Shown here: positions 17,091 through 30,842 of the stretch, piece by piece | How the letters are laid out: every line of letters starts with the position of its first letter | Position numbering within the stretch: the first letter of the stretch is position 1 | Assembly: GCA_032718475.1 (NCBI GenBank) | Contig: JAUCBJ010002541.1 | Coordinates: 1 to 42,943 of the forward strand | Origin: Nemertoderma westbladi | Lineage: Eukaryota > Animalia > Xenacoelomorpha | DNA length: 42,943 nucleotides | Direction of reading: 5' to 3' | Made by a program: the position numbers and the translations under genes | The notes under the pieces: model-generated | What the model was told of the DNA's origin: nothing | Databases searched by the model: none | The model's input: the letters and a program-made list of their open reading frames with translations, nothing else

Positions 17091-18364
17091 CCCTATTACC
17101 ACTGGGGGGGGGGGGGGGGGGGGGGGGTGGGGCGAATCGGCCCCTTCCTAGTTTTTAGTTGCTGTAACTATACAACCACATTACGTACCGGCCCAACTTT
17201 TATTGAGAATTAGCCAAATTTAATGCCGCATCTTTTGCAAAAAACGACGTTGCAATTGGATTTCTACTTTTCGATGTGGGTGCCACCTCAAAATTTGGTC
17301 TCCAGCACCAAATTTTTTGAAATTTTCGAATTTTACAAAGTCATTCGTGATTTAGTAATTATTTATGTTTGGGCTATTTTTATTTATTTTTATTGGTTTG
17401 GATCACTCTAATGTTCTATACAAGTATGTAAGTGTAGTGGTACGTCATTTTTGGAGAACCAAAATTAGGGTGTGGCACTGCTTTAAAATTTCAAAATTAC
17501 TTTATTCGGAAAATTTACTAAAGTTTTGATTTCGAAGCATTTTTATTGGCTTTCTGGAGCGCTGAATCGATTGAAAGTGATATAGAAGCCTGAAGACTTA
17601 GTGGTTCGCCATTTTTGGTGCACCAAAATTAGGGCGTGGCACTTCAAATTTTGAAAAATACGAGATTCGGAAAATACACTAAAGTTTTGATTTGCAAAGC
17701 ATTTTTATAGGTTTTCTGGAGCGCTGAATCGATTGAAAGTAATATAGAAGCCTGAAGACTTAGTGGTTCGCCATTTTTGGCGCACCAAAATTAGGGCGTG
17801 GCACTTCAAATTTTGAAAAATTAGAGATTCGGAAAATACACTAAAGTTTGGATTTCAAAGCATTTTTATAGGTTTTCTGGAGCGCTGAATCGATTGAAAG
17901 TAATATAGCAGCCTGAAAACTTAGTGGCTCGCCATTTTTGGTGCACCAAAAATAGGGCGTGGCACGTCAAATTTTGAAAAATGCGAGATTCGGAAAATAC
18001 ACTAAAGTTTTGATTTCAAAGCATTTTTATAGGTTTTCTGGAGCGCTGAATCGATTGAAAGTAATATAGAAGCCACAAATCCTTGGTGTACGTAATTTTC
18101 GGTGCACCAAAATTAGGGTGTGGCACTTCAAATTTTCAAAATTACTTTATTCGGAAAAAACACTAAAGTTTTGATTTCAAAAAATGGCTAACCTCTAAGT
18201 CTTCAGGCTTCTATATTACTTTCAATCGATTCAGCGGTCTAGAAAACATATATAAATATGCGTTAAAATTTTAATTTTGGTTTATTTTCCGAATCTCGTA
18301 TTTTTCAAAATTTGAAGTTTCCCCCCCCCCCCCTGATGGTCAAAACATCCCAGTGGTAATAGGG
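17091..18364. mobile_element. piggyBac-like non-autonomous DNA transposon
   Basis: TTAA on both sides (17087-17090, 18365-18368); perfect 16-bp TIRs CCCTATTACCACTGGG / CCCAGTGGTAATAGGG; no transposase ORF. Confidence 0.9.
17440..18318. repeat. About 161-bp tandem repeat (about 4.5 copies) plus one inverted partial copy inside the piggyBac-like element
   Basis: ggg(c/t)gtggcac recurs at about 17468, 17632, 17794, 17955 and 18115; 18180-18318 is the reverse complement of the unit. Confidence 0.9.
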
Positions 18365-18769
18365 TTAAGCATTTAACCAATCACAATTAACAGATAAAGT
18401 AAAGTAAAGGGAAGTAAAGATAAGTAAAGGGCCATTAAGGTGGTTCTTAAATTCAATGCGCCTCAAATTTCCTTATTATGAATAGAAATTGATAATTCAA
18501 CAAACGGATTCGTGTACAGTCTCCTAATTTTTTAATGAAAATACAAAAAATTATACACTAAATAAATTTGGAGAAAAAAAATATAATAATTCTGTTACGA
18601 ATGATATGCACTATGCAAAATACTTGGAACATACATACAGACCTTGCGGTGAAAATACTTTCAGTTTAATATATATACGTATATAGATACAAATACATCT
18701 ACTACATAGATAGATAGGCACACTGCAGATAATAAAAATACTTAAATCAATTTTACTTCCAATAAACAT

Positions 18770-19761
18770 TGTTCCATCAAAATAAACTATATTTTATGTT
18801 TAAATATTGTGTATAACTTTCCACATTCGACTAATACTACTAATATAAATATACAAAAAACAACACACCGCTTGGTCTGGCGTTGTAAGATAAGTAAGAT
18901 TTAAATAATTGTTCAAATTAAACGACACAAAAGTAAGGGGTAGATTGCCAGTCCACCTTATTTAAACAATATATATTTTACTGTGCGCATACAGAATTAC
19001 ACTGTGATGGATATTATTTTCAATATATTATTTTTATTAATTATTATATTTTTTGGATACAAATAAATTAGCCAAAAATAAAACACCACCGTGTATTATA
19101 CCTAACAGGAATTTTTTTAAAACCCCAGATTATGATTATTTAATGATTATATAATTATTTAATCGGAAGGGGAAATAGACCGGCCCGTCGCCATTGATTA
19201 CTCGACGCGATGTTGGCTCCACAAACAAACTTCCTGCGAGGGAAGGGACAGGCGACATCAAAATCTATCAGATGTCACACAACCATCGGTGATCCAGAGT
19301 ATAGACTTCGTCAGCGCCGCGCAGACACGCACAACTGGGAAAGCAGAATCGCAAGATTCGACCAAAATCGCTTAAGGTGATGCTCGGCTCGGCGCACCTA
19401 CCAAACTCACCTGTCAACGGAACTAACTTTCGGACAACCTAATACTGTTATTTACTATCAGATTTACATGTTATACTTACCAACCTCTTTTACTCGATTA
19501 GGCAATAACACCATATTTGGTAGATTAAATGCCCACAAATCGATTCCATGCAATATCTATAATAACTAACCTGTATTTAAATAATAAAGGTGGAGGCTAT
19601 TAAATTGATAATAGACGCTCTGCCACTTTCCGTCCTAAGACTATATGCTATTCAAATTAACCTAATAATTATTTATGTGAGACTTCAAATCAAGTAATGA
19701 TTTGTACCAGTTTTATTTTACTTTTTATTATGTAAGTACCAACATTAATTTAACTCGAACA
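18770..19761 (-). repeat. Putative 3' LTR of the second Bel/Pao element (left boundary uncertain)
   Basis: Minus strand reads GGGGACTGGGGA-taaa-TGTTCGAG just after the integrase C-terminus, the same PPT-TGTTCG layout as element 1; no partner LTR found in the window. Confidence 0.45.
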
Positions 19762-19849
19762 TTTATCCCCAGTCCCCAGTTAAATTAATTAAACGTCAAA
19801 GCAGTCTTACATTGAGTTTGTTGTAATTGGAAAAACTCTAGACTTTCGC

Positions 19850-22800
19850 CTCATCGAGAGCCATTTCTAAGAGACATATCTTCTGAATAGGTCGACATGG
19901 ATAGAAATTAATATCTTCCATTTCTTAGTACGAGGACATTTAATGGCTGTTGCTGTCCTCACATGTACAGTTCGTACTAACCATTTCTTAGTACGAGGAC
20001 ATTTAATGGCTGTTTCTTACTAAACTATCAGTACTATGTAAAACTTCAGAGATATGAGCAACTTTTCAGTTGAATCGCTTTGAGTTAGAGTCAGTGGGCA
20101 TTACTAAATCACCAACAGCGAAATTTCTGTGAGGGCGGAGCCATTTCTGTCGAGTCATCAAGTTCTTGAGATATGTTCGTCACCAGATAGTCCAATATTG
20201 GTTGGCCAAGAACTGTGCTTTCCTCCACATGGTCTTATAATTAAGCTCATTGCCGTCATACAGCTCATGCAGAAGTCTGTTAAGAGTCTGGTAAAACGGT
20301 ACTACGTCAGAGTAATAAATGATTCGGCGTCAGTATTTCATTTGATGTCACATCGTCATTTAGAGGGCAAAGAGGTCTATCGTTGATTAGATACTGGACT
20401 TTGGCCAAAGTTGTACGAAGTACTTCTTCAGAAACGAGTCGATGTTGAACTTTGACGCTTTTCCATGAGTGCCAGCAAGGTGTGTTTAGTAGTTCGGATA
20501 AGCCGTTCCCAAACACCGCCATGATGACTTGCTGTTGGTGTCTGGAAGTACCAGGAAATCTTACCGACAATCTCATCAGGGATACCTATATCCTTGGCCT
20601 CAGCCATCAGTTCGGCCAATTCGGTTTCACTTCCTCCGAAATGAATTCCCTGATCAGAATATATATTCTCCACTTTAGCATGGTTGCAGATAAATCGACG
20701 TAGAACACAAATTAGTGAGTCAGCGCTGTAGTCCATTGACAAGTCCAATGCCACCGCTCTGGAACTCATACATGTTAACAAAACTCCATAACGTTTATCC
20801 GACCCACGTCCCCTAATAACATATAAAGGGCCAAATAAATCAACACCTACGTTGGTAAAAACAGGAATGTAGCCGATGGTGCGAACCATAGGTATGGGAG
20901 CCATCATTTGTTTTCCAGGTTGAGCGAAACGTTTGTGACAGAAGATACAGTTATGGATGATGGCCTTTACAACTTTCCGGAGAGCATTCACCCAGTATAA
21001 GCGTCATACTTTGGCGATGGTGTAATCAATACCCAGGTGGCCCGCACGAGTAATGAATGTCCCTAATGATGACTGTAGTGAAATTGTGCTTTGTTGGTAA
21101 TATAATTGGATGTGTGATCTCATAACTGTAAGTTTGTATCAAACCCATTCGCGAGCCCATACGTAGAATTCCATCATCAGCAATAATTGGGTTGAGTATG
21201 GTGATAGATCTCGGAATAGATTTGGGTTTACTATTTCTAATAGCATCAATTACGCCAGAAAATTCAGCCTGTTGAATAAGCTGAATTACTTTCAGTTTAG
21301 CTTTTGCTAAACACTGTGTATGTAAATTGTCATTATCTATGTTAGTGAAAATTTCACCTCGCTGAAGATTTAAATTCTGGCGATTATGGTGAAACTTCAT
21401 TAGAAACCTCATCACTACTACTCGCGTCAGGAGTTGGAAGGAACTAAATTGCGTCAACAATTTTGAAAGTGTTGAAAATGGTTGAGCGTCTATGGTCGCA
21501 ACTACCTTGGATTTCGAATGTTTTGCCAGTGTATCTTTCCTTAAACTAGCCTCAGGGGGAATTTATGCATCCTTCATCAGATTGGTTTGAGTTAGAGAAG
21601 AGTCCCACTGTGATTCAGACTGTCTTAAAAATTGTGGGCCGCCGTACCAACAATCCTGGTATTTGGTAACAAAGTCTAATGGCTCAGCCCCACGGCTGGC
21701 AATGTCTGCTGGATTCTTCGTACCAGGAATATGACGCCATTGAGAGGGAGCTGTGTAGTGTCGAATTTCTTCAATTCGGTTGGCTTCATATGTTTCGAAT
21801 CTCTGAGACTCATTAGCGATCTGACACAAAACGCTTGTGCTGTTACTCCAACATATTATATTGTTAGAATGAATCTGCAGGGTGATGCTCGCAGTGAACT
21901 GTCTATGACTACGTACGAGTAAAACGGCTGACTACAATTCCAGTCTTGGAATGGAAACCTTCTTTAGAGGTGCAGTATGTGTCTTTGCATACACTATGGA
22001 ACAAGTTATGTGGCCTGAGGGTGACACTACATATGTATGATAAACAACCATATCCGGTTAAACTGGCATCGCAAAAGTGATGTAATTGTAACACATCAGT
22101 ATCAGTCGAAATGGTATTGGCAAAATAATGGCGTGGGATCTGAAGATTTTCAAGCTGATCTGGTTGATTGTACCACTGTAGCCATTCAGATGCTAATGAT
22201 TGTTCTAGAACATCGTCCCAGTTCAATTTTAGTCCCCATAGTTTCTGAAGGAACTGTTTTCCCTGAAGAATAATGAGAGCCACCAGACCTAATGGATCGT
22301 ATATAGACGCTACGCAAACATGACAGCCATGTTTGGTCAAGGCATGGGATTTTAGTGATGGTTTAAATAGGAAGCAGTCTCGCAGGGCACCACACTATAC
22401 CGAGAGCTCGCGAAATGGGAAGTTCATCGAAGTTCAAGTCGAGCTCAGCCTCAACACGTTTGGACTGTGGAATGTATTTAAGAAATTCCTTCGAAGATGA
22501 CATGAATTTTGTTAATGTGAATCCTCCAAATCGCAAGCACTCGATTAATCCTAGAGCCAGTCGGACAGCCTCCATAACACTCTCACTCAGCACCCGACAT
22601 TCCGTTGTCAACATAAAAGTGATTGTTGATCGCTTCAATAACATTGGGTGGAAATTTGTCCTTGTGATCCTCAGTTGATTGTTGGAGAGCGTATGTTGCC
22701 GCACACGGAGAATCTTTTTTACCAAACATATGAACCAACATCTGATAAATAATATAATCTGTTGGATTATTAGGTTCAACATCACCCTCCCACCAGATAA

Positions 22801-24301
22801 TATTCTGTGACTCAGAATCGCAGTCGTAAGTGCGCACTTAATGAAACATCTGTTCAATGTCACAAGCAAAAACTACCCTGTGCTGCCGAAATTGAAACAA
22901 TACCTCTATAATGGAGTTGTAAAAATTGGGTCCCTCCATTAATTCTGAATTGAGACTCATTCATTTATATTGTGCCGCCACGTTATTTACCACCCTCAAC
23001 TTACCAGGTTTGTTGGGGTTCCAGACGGAATGTGTTGGCACATAGTACTAACGTGGACCATCAGGTAACAATTTTTCAGCTTCTGTAAGTCGTCGGGCGT
23101 ACCCTTTCACTTCATATTCATCAAATGTGGCTAGATATTTTTTATGATCATCCGGAATTTTAAGTCATTTACGCTTGATCCATCTCAGCCAAGTCAAAGC
23201 TAATTGTTTAATATTTATTAGGGGTTTATCTTTGTTTAACCACAACATTCCTATGTAGTAATGACCGTCTATGAACTTTGTTGTCTCTCTTAGAATTTTC
23301 TCAGATTGTATGTCTTGTACAGATTTGTTTTGCAGTCGGGTAGGACAATAATATGCTTCAGAATCCCAAAATTCCATCAGTAAGTCATGGATAACTTCAT
23401 CTGATGGGCTAATATCATTCCACAAAGGGCAACATTCTATATGATTTACTGATACTTGAGCTTTCGAATATTTTAAGTCATCAGGATTTTCGTCAGTAAC
23501 GTCATCAGTTATGTCATCATATACATCATTCAAACGCCACCTGCAAGGTTGTGGTACACATTCCATCTGCTCAACAAAGTCATAATTTTCACTTTCAGCC
23601 TTACACGTATGGACCTCCAAATCTGCGTGACTGGCGTCATGGTTACTGCTGACATCACTTGCTACTTGTACTGACGGCAAACGCCGTCCATCACATAATG
23701 GGCCTACCAAAGTCCATCCAAATGGCGTTTTAATTGCGTGGGGGTTATTAATCTCATCATGGGAAGTGGGTCCCCATACGGATTTTAGAACTTTGTGAGC
23801 CTGGGGGTTATTCATTCCAATTATCATTGAAATACTATCAATATCTACAGTAGGATAAGTAATGTTTACATTCTTAAGGTAAGTCAGCTGGTCTAATGAC
23901 CACCTACTAGGTCTAACGTAATTTACGTGAAGATTAGGTATTAACATTACATCTCTTAGGGATAATGTGAAGTGACAGTCCTTTTGAATAGATCTAACAA
24001 CACAAGCTCGCTGTTCCACTGTCTTGCCTTCACGTGTTAGTATGGTGTTAAGTGATACATCTACAGGTTCTGTATCCATGTCTAGTAGCTCACCTACAGT
24101 CTTGTCTATTAGCGTCCCTGTGGAACCATCATCTAACAAAGCAAACGTAGTTATTAGGAGTCCCGTTTCAGTATTCTTAACTGAGAGTAGTACTACACCA
24201 AGGAATACAGCCTTTATGTCTAACCCCTTTGGATTCAAATCATGATTTAATGCCATTGCAGCTACGCTTTTGTATGCGGGAGAGAACTGACTAAACTTCA
24301 T
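19850..24301 (-). pseudogene. pol: Decayed Bel/Pao pol (protease-RT-RNase H-integrase) with many frameshifts and stops
   Basis: ALLDDGSTGTLI (protease); VHMFGKKDSPCAA...HFYVDN (RT); SIYDPLGL...HHFCDAS and ANRIEEI...WRHIPGTKNPADIASRG (RNase H region); HPIILP, CIFC, VGVDLFGP, YSDQG, HHGGVWERLI, LTPNHLL, RPIQKICLLE (integrase). Confidence 0.93.
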
Positions 24302-24319
24302 AGATGTAGTGTTAGCCGC

Positions 24320-27270
24320 ACTATCACGTTGTATAGCATAAAGGTTTCTGAAAAGTCTGTCTCTTCATCTGTCTTTCATGGTTCGGGATGCAAAACCCTA
24401 GCGTGTCGTTTTCAACATCCACTTGCTGTGCAACGATATTTAGATCTGCACTTTTTCCGCCAATGCCCTTTCCAGAGACATAACGTACATAACTTATGTT
24501 CAGCCACGAAATCATAACACGCGCGGCGCGGCTACCAATATCCTGTAGTTGAGTGCACTGAGCAGTAAAGTGAATTTTTTGGCAAAATAAACATGGCGAC
24601 ATTTCTGCCCCTTTTGTATTTACATTAATGTCTGTGTCATCGACTAAGTAACCATAGTCACCAACAAGTGGGTTCTTCATAATTTGTCTCCATTCCAGTC
24701 CATTCGTCAGTCGCATGGAAACTTGACATTGTACTCGTCACCTTAGCTTCCGTGGGCATTCTAGAAGGTTTTTGTATATCTAATACTTCCCAGCCTGGTG
24801 TAAAACCTTTAAATCTGTCACCCAATGCCTGAGGACCATATAGTGGACATGTAGCTACATTTGCTTCCTCGGCTAGGAAAACCCTCAACTCATCCATTCC
24901 GGGGTCACGGCCATACCTAATCCTAAATTTATTTACCTGCCTAGCCCAATGTACTCGTAATGGATTTGCTAAATTTGCCGCTATATTCTGAATAAATTCA
25001 GGATTATTTAAATAGTAATGACACTGTAGGGTCTGTAAAATATCCACTGTGCGTCTTACATCATCATGAAAGTACTTAAGTAGTTCTTTAGGGGAAGCTA
25101 CGGGATATCTACATCGAGTGACGTCGGCAACAACTGCTTTCATTACCAATGCTGGTTGTCCATATCGTCTTTCTAATGTGTTCCATGCCATGCATACCCA
25201 TCAGTCATGCCTTCAAAGTGTTCGATTAAATCTAGAGGTTTTCCTCTAACATATGTTATTAAATATCGAAGTTTTACCTCATCTGCATCCTCCTTAGCAT
25301 CAACCTGCGTAAGAAACCTGATTTTAAATCCTAAAAATTTATTTGGGTCTCTGGCAAAAGATGTTGGATCTAATTTTGGGGCCTCTAATGAAAGAGCTAA
25401 TTTTTCGAACAAGGCATGCTGTTGGTTTGCTGTAGTATGGTTACATTTTTGTAGTGGTCGTCGACATTTGGTAGACTTCGATGAACTATTTTTTACGGAA
25501 CTATGAATACACTTTAAGTCATCACTACTATTGTCAGAAGAATTATCATTGTCATCTGTATGTCTATCATGGTATGGGTCCGGGTTGGGGTCACCATGAG
25601 GTATGACATGTCAGTACGGGGCTAAAACAACATCTGGGCCAGAGTTTCCTATGCATTCCGGGTTGTCGGTGACTATACCTCCATATGCATCCTACAGTAC
25701 ACATGTATTCTCAGTAGTATGTCGCCTGGAGTTAGATTTTCTGGACTTACCCCGATTAGGCTGATCTACTGATTGTGGGTGCTTACTTATTGAGCCGACA
25801 GTACACGATTGTGCATAAAATGCTTCACCTCGTGGTCCTGGTGGCACTTTAAATTGTTCAGGGGGTCGTGATGGAGTAGTAGGTTGAATTTCAAACTGTG
25901 TGTATGGTCTGTCGTGAAGTCTATACACACTGGCCACACAAGGCCTATTGTATGTCGCTCCACTGTCTTTAGGGATTGATACATCATGTTTCTTATTAAC
26001 AGGTAACTATTGGGGACTGGGCTGTGGTGACGTCCTTGAATCATCAATCCGTAACGTCATTGTGCTTCCAGGTTTAGGATGGCTGTGAGGTGGATGAGAA
26101 ACACTTGTAAATTGTTTATGTTCGAGCGGCTGCTGGGTTGCCATCATGGGTGTCATCATATTCTGAGCTAATTTGTTAATAGATTGCATCACATGTGATA
26201 CAACCTCCTCTAGTTGCTGATGAGTCACAAGGCGGTTCTCTGGAATAGTAGACAAATTACACTTTTGGGAGTCTGTTCTGTATATCCCTTTTCCTTTATG
26301 GAAAATTTTTGTCTTTTGTGGGTCCGCAATACGTGGTGGAAGTTGTTTAACACCTTCATCTGCCGACTTCTCTGACAGCTCATCATCATTATCTTCCTCT
26401 GTATCAGTTCTAATCATATGAGGCACTGAGTTAAAGGTTAACTTATTACGATTAGTAATGATTCTGTACGTGTGGTGTTCGGTGTTGTAATTGTTGTCAT
26501 TGTCGAAGTCGGGGGTACTACAACTTCTACTGGGTCTGGTACTTCTATATGGTCTGGTACTTCTACAGGGTCTGCTACATCTGTGACTTCTGTGATAGCT
26601 GTAACAGGTCCATTGGTGAATGGTCTGTGGGCATCACGCCAGAATATGGATTCAGTAGAAGTGGATTGCATAGAAGGTAAAGCCAGGGACGCTATATCCA
26701 CAACAGTGTCAGTCTCGATGGCTTGCTCTACTTGCTGCCTATATTCTTCTAACTGGCGCTGGTGTCGAGCATGTTGGAGATCCTTTTGGTCTTCAAAATG
26801 TGTTATATGCTGGAAAATATCATTTTTCTTTTGCATTTCTTTAATCCTATCACATTCAGCTTGCTCTATCTGCAATGACTTACGATGAGCTTCATCCACC
26901 TGCCTCTTGGCTGCCGCGAGGCTTCTTCCATCTGTCGCCTTGCTGCTTTTTGGCTTCTTCTACCTGCCTCTTGGCTGCTTCCATTCAAGCACTAGCTTGC
27001 GCAGTTGCAAGTTTATTCTCGACCAGAACCCGTTCCCGTTCAATCTGTTAATCCATCATCATGTCCTCCTCGTCAAGTCGCTTAGATAAAACAAAGAGGT
27101 TAGCCTCGGCTATGCGTCTCATTCGAGATGACACTGTGGATCCAGCATCAGATTCCCCTGACCCTACTATAGAACACCTACCTACACTATTGGGCCTAAT
27201 TGGTAAATTTTATGTAGGTCTGTCTAGGACTGGGCTGGCTACAATTGGCGTAAGTGTGCGATTCATGTGC
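24320..27270 (-). pseudogene. gag: Decayed Bel/Pao gag of the second element
   Basis: FARDPNKFLGFKIRF...KLRYLITYV, AWNTLERRYG, CLFCQKIHFTAQC and coiled-coil fragments upstream; the 5' limit is approximate. Confidence 0.8.
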
Positions 27271-27746
27271 TGACTAGAATCTGTTGCAAACGGAATAGGG
27301 TAACTGTCCCAGGCTAAAGAAGCAATGGGTGTTGTTTTGGTACTTATTCGGGTTGTAATTGGTTCCAACTTAGTGCTTACCCATTCTAAAAACTATAGTA
27401 TATTTATCCTTACACTGTACATACCTTTTCTGAGCTTATTTTTTATTTTATTTATTTATTTTTTTATTTATACATTATGTAAAAACAATAACAAATACAC
27501 CAAACAATGTACCGGTATAAAGGTATTGTCCAACATAACATATAGGATTACCCCTAAAGCTTTGCAGCTTATTTCCAAGGGGGTCCTTTATGTTACTTGG
27601 TTACAAATACAATATTACACTACGCTAACCTAAAACCAATATAAACGTAATTACACTATGTACATGTACAACTTTACCGAGAGCGTGACAATGTCCGACT
27701 CAATGATAAAGATGTAATGTACAGAACAATTTAATATAAAACGTAA

Positions 27747-29964
27747 TCTATATATAAATATCCTCTGTCTGTCTGTGAGTCTGTGAGTCTGTCCAAGCTA
27801 TACGCTCCGACACACATGCACCAATCTGAGCAAATGATACATCGATCGAAAGCTCTCGTCCTGAGCACGTAAACTATCGCAATCTCGAGGCTAATTTTAC
27901 GCGTTTGCTTGCGTGAATGCGTATTTTGTGTTCGTTCGGGCGAAATTTATCGTATTATTTCGGTTCTTCTATCGGTAATTAATGATTTAGAGGGCTAACA
28001 TTTATCCCACCTGGTATAAAATTAACATGGGTAGATTCGCCGTGTCCCATTCTCACAAAGTATTTATTTTATTCGAGTGTTTAATATAAATATGTATGAT
28101 TATTTATTGATTAAAAATCAAATAGTGTATAAATATGTCATATTCGCCATGCACGATCGAATTGGCCTATTCTTAGTGCTGTAGTGAATAGGGAAGGATT
28201 GTTTTCTGTATCATAGCAACGTTAAGGTAATTATTGAAATCGCAGCTAGCTGGCTGGGCACAGATAAGGAGCAAGCAGGCTGGAGTGTTGATTGGGGTGG
28301 GTTTGGGTTGTCTGTTGCGAATTGCTCAAGAGTAATTCTGCTTTCTCAATCATTGGCTGCATGGAAGGAGAGGTTTATAACATTTTTGTTTTACTGTTAT
28401 GAATATTAAAAGTAAAATAATTATTTCTGTAGGCCTATACTTACTGTATTATTATTTTATCTAATATTATACATTTAATCTCGATGAAATCTCGCTTACT
28501 ATAGCTCGTTAGATAGGTCTCGCCCTAACTCGTTGCAACGTAATACTCAGAGCCGTCTGAAGTTCCCCCATCTGCCGCTAGAGGGCGAATTGTCCGATAG
28601 TGAAAACCTGATCTCATTGGGTTGTTTTTAATGCTTTTGAGCTGAAACTTGGTAGCTATATACTGCAGCATAGGCTGTATATTTCCGGAGTCACTGAGTT
28701 GTCCACAGTTCCTCAGTCTACCGTTAGAGGGCTAAATGTCTGAGAGTTAACATCTTCTCCAACTTTGTTATTTATAATCCATTTAGACTGAACTTGGTAG
28801 GCATCTACTACAGCATAGGCTATATCTTTACTGAGTCGCGCAGAGTTGTCTACATTACCCGCGTCTGCCGCTAGAGGGCGAAATGTATGAAAGTTAACAT
28901 CTCCTCCAACTTTGTTATTTACAATCCTTTTAGACTGAAACTTGGTAGGCATCTACTACAGCATAGGCTGTATCTTTGCGGAGTAGTAGAGTCGTCTACA
29001 GTTCCACAGTCAGCCGCTAGAGGGCGAATTGTCTGAAAGTTAACATCTTCTCCAACTTTGTTATTTACTAACGGTTTAGACTGAAACTTGGTAGGCATCT
29101 ACTACAGCATAGGCTGTACCTTTACGGAGTTACAGAGTTGTATACAGTCCCCCCATCTGCCGCTAGAGGGCGACATATCTGATAGTGAACACCTCATCCC
29201 ATTTGGTTCTTTTTAATCATTTTGAGCTGAAACTTGGTTGGTATCTACTACATCATAGGCTGTATCTTTACGGGGTTGCAGAATCCTATTCACTTCCCCA
29301 GTCTACCGCTAGAGGGTGAAATGTCTGAAAGTTAACATCTTCTCCAACTTTGTTATTTACTAACGGTTTAGACTGAAACTTGGTAGGCATCTACTACAGC
29401 ATAGGCTGTACCTTTACGGAGTCACAGAGTTGTATACAGTCCCCCCATCTGCCGCTAGAGGGCGACATATCTGATAGTGAACACCTCATCCCATTTGGTT
29501 CTTTTTAATCCTATTGAGCTGGAACTTGGCAGGAATCTACTACAGCATATTCTGTATCTTTACGGAGTCCCAGAGTCGTCCACAGTTCTTCAGTCTACCG
29601 CTAGAGGGTGAAATGTCTGAATGTGAACATCTATATCAATTTTGTTATTTACAATCTGTTTAAGCTGAAACTTGAAAGGCAGGCATTTTACTTCACCATA
29701 AACCCCATCTTTACCAAACTGCAGCGCCGTCTGCATTTCACCAGTCCGCAGGTAGAGGGTGGATCTGAAAGTGATCATTTTCTGGAAATTTTGTTATTTA
29801 CAATCTGCCTAAAGTTGAAACTTGACTTTATCTCTTATGGGGGTGGTGTTTTATTTAATGATGGTGTCTGTTCCGTATGCAGTTCTCAAATCTCCCACAC
29901 ATATTCATATATCATCTGCACGTGCACTAGAAAGCTGTGGCCCGAAGGGCCACAGGCTTTCTAG
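27747..29964 (+). mobile_element. Non-autonomous Helitron
   Basis: A|TC 5' end (tctatatataaa) followed by a ctgt-type microsatellite; 3' GC-rich hairpin tgtggccc-gaa-gggccaca then CTAG|T; no TSD. Confidence 0.8.
28530..29825 (+). repeat. 146-bp tandem repeat (8 copies plus one degenerate), each with a CCGCTAGAGGGYG-type core
   Basis: Cores at 28575, 28721, 28868, 29014, 29160, 29306, 29452 and 29598; 29014-29305 and 29306-29597 form a 292-bp dimer repeat. Confidence 0.93.
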
Positions 29965-30134
29965 TTACAGTATAAATAGTAAATAATTAATAAACTAATA
30001 ACTTACTGTAGGACTATTGTACCTATTTTTACATTGCACACGGAGGTGAGATTTAACTGCAGATTTAAAAGAATGTTGATTATTTAGGTTTTTAATTTCA
30101 TTAGGTAGAGCGTTCCAATTTTTAATGCTGTTAA

Positions 30135-30842
30135 GGGGGGGGTACACCATTTTCGGACAACTCTTCGATTTATCACTCTCAGCGTTTCAAAATTGTTTGA
30201 TTTTGGCTAAAATTTGGCATATAGGTGCCTAAGATGCTATTCTACATGACAGAAAATTTTTTTTTTTCGCTATTTAATATTAGTTAATACTAGTTAACAA
30301 CAAAAAAAACTTGGTTGCGCTTAAAACCCTAAGGCTTTTACAGTTTTGAACCTAATCACATGAAAGTTTTTTTATATGGTAAATCAAAGATGGGGCAACA
30401 TAACTATCAGGCGAAATTTTGTTAAAATAATTCTGCTCCGCTAGGTGGCGCTGCAAATTTATGCAAATTTTTAGGTTTTTTATAAATAGTATTAAATTTT
30501 ATTAACAAAAAATTTCGAAAAGTTGCCTGATACTTTTATGCAGGGTGGCTATCTAGACACCCACAGGAAGTTTCAGACTAATTACTCAAAAATTGTAGAA
30601 GTAGTAGGGTTTTGAAGTTGACAATTTCATGAAAAAAATATTTGGAGATAATCGACCTTTCATTATACATAGTAATAGTAATTTCAATAGGATTCCGTAA
30701 ATGGAAATTTACATAACTTGAAAACTAAAAGAGCTATTAAATAGCGGTTTTCAGATTTGGAAACACCATTCAATGGTGCATTACAATATTCCATAAAAAA
30801 AAATTTCGACATATTTTGGACCAAAATGGTGTACCCCCCCCC
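30135..30842. mobile_element. Kolobok-like non-autonomous DNA transposon inserted in the LINE RT C-terminus
   Basis: TTAA at 30131-30134 and 30843-30846; TIRs GGGGGGGGTACACCATTTT / AAAATGGTGTACCCCCCCC (RR...YY termini with TTAA are typical of Kolobok); removing it rejoins SDTFFF-NSIKNWNALP. Confidence 0.85.

Larger units (their letters stand above)
16012..18519. mobile_element. Non-autonomous TIR element (copy 1) carrying nested RTE and piggyBac-like insertions
   Basis: Left ~47 bp match 36331-36377 and right ~95 bp match 37983-38077; the ends ctatacacaattcc / ggattcgtgtacag are imperfect inverted repeats. Confidence 0.6.

Noticed and set aside
19850-27270. Second Bel/Pao element as the helper for element 1
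   Set aside because: Heavily frameshifted, clearly divergent in protein sequence and with no shared LTR sequence.
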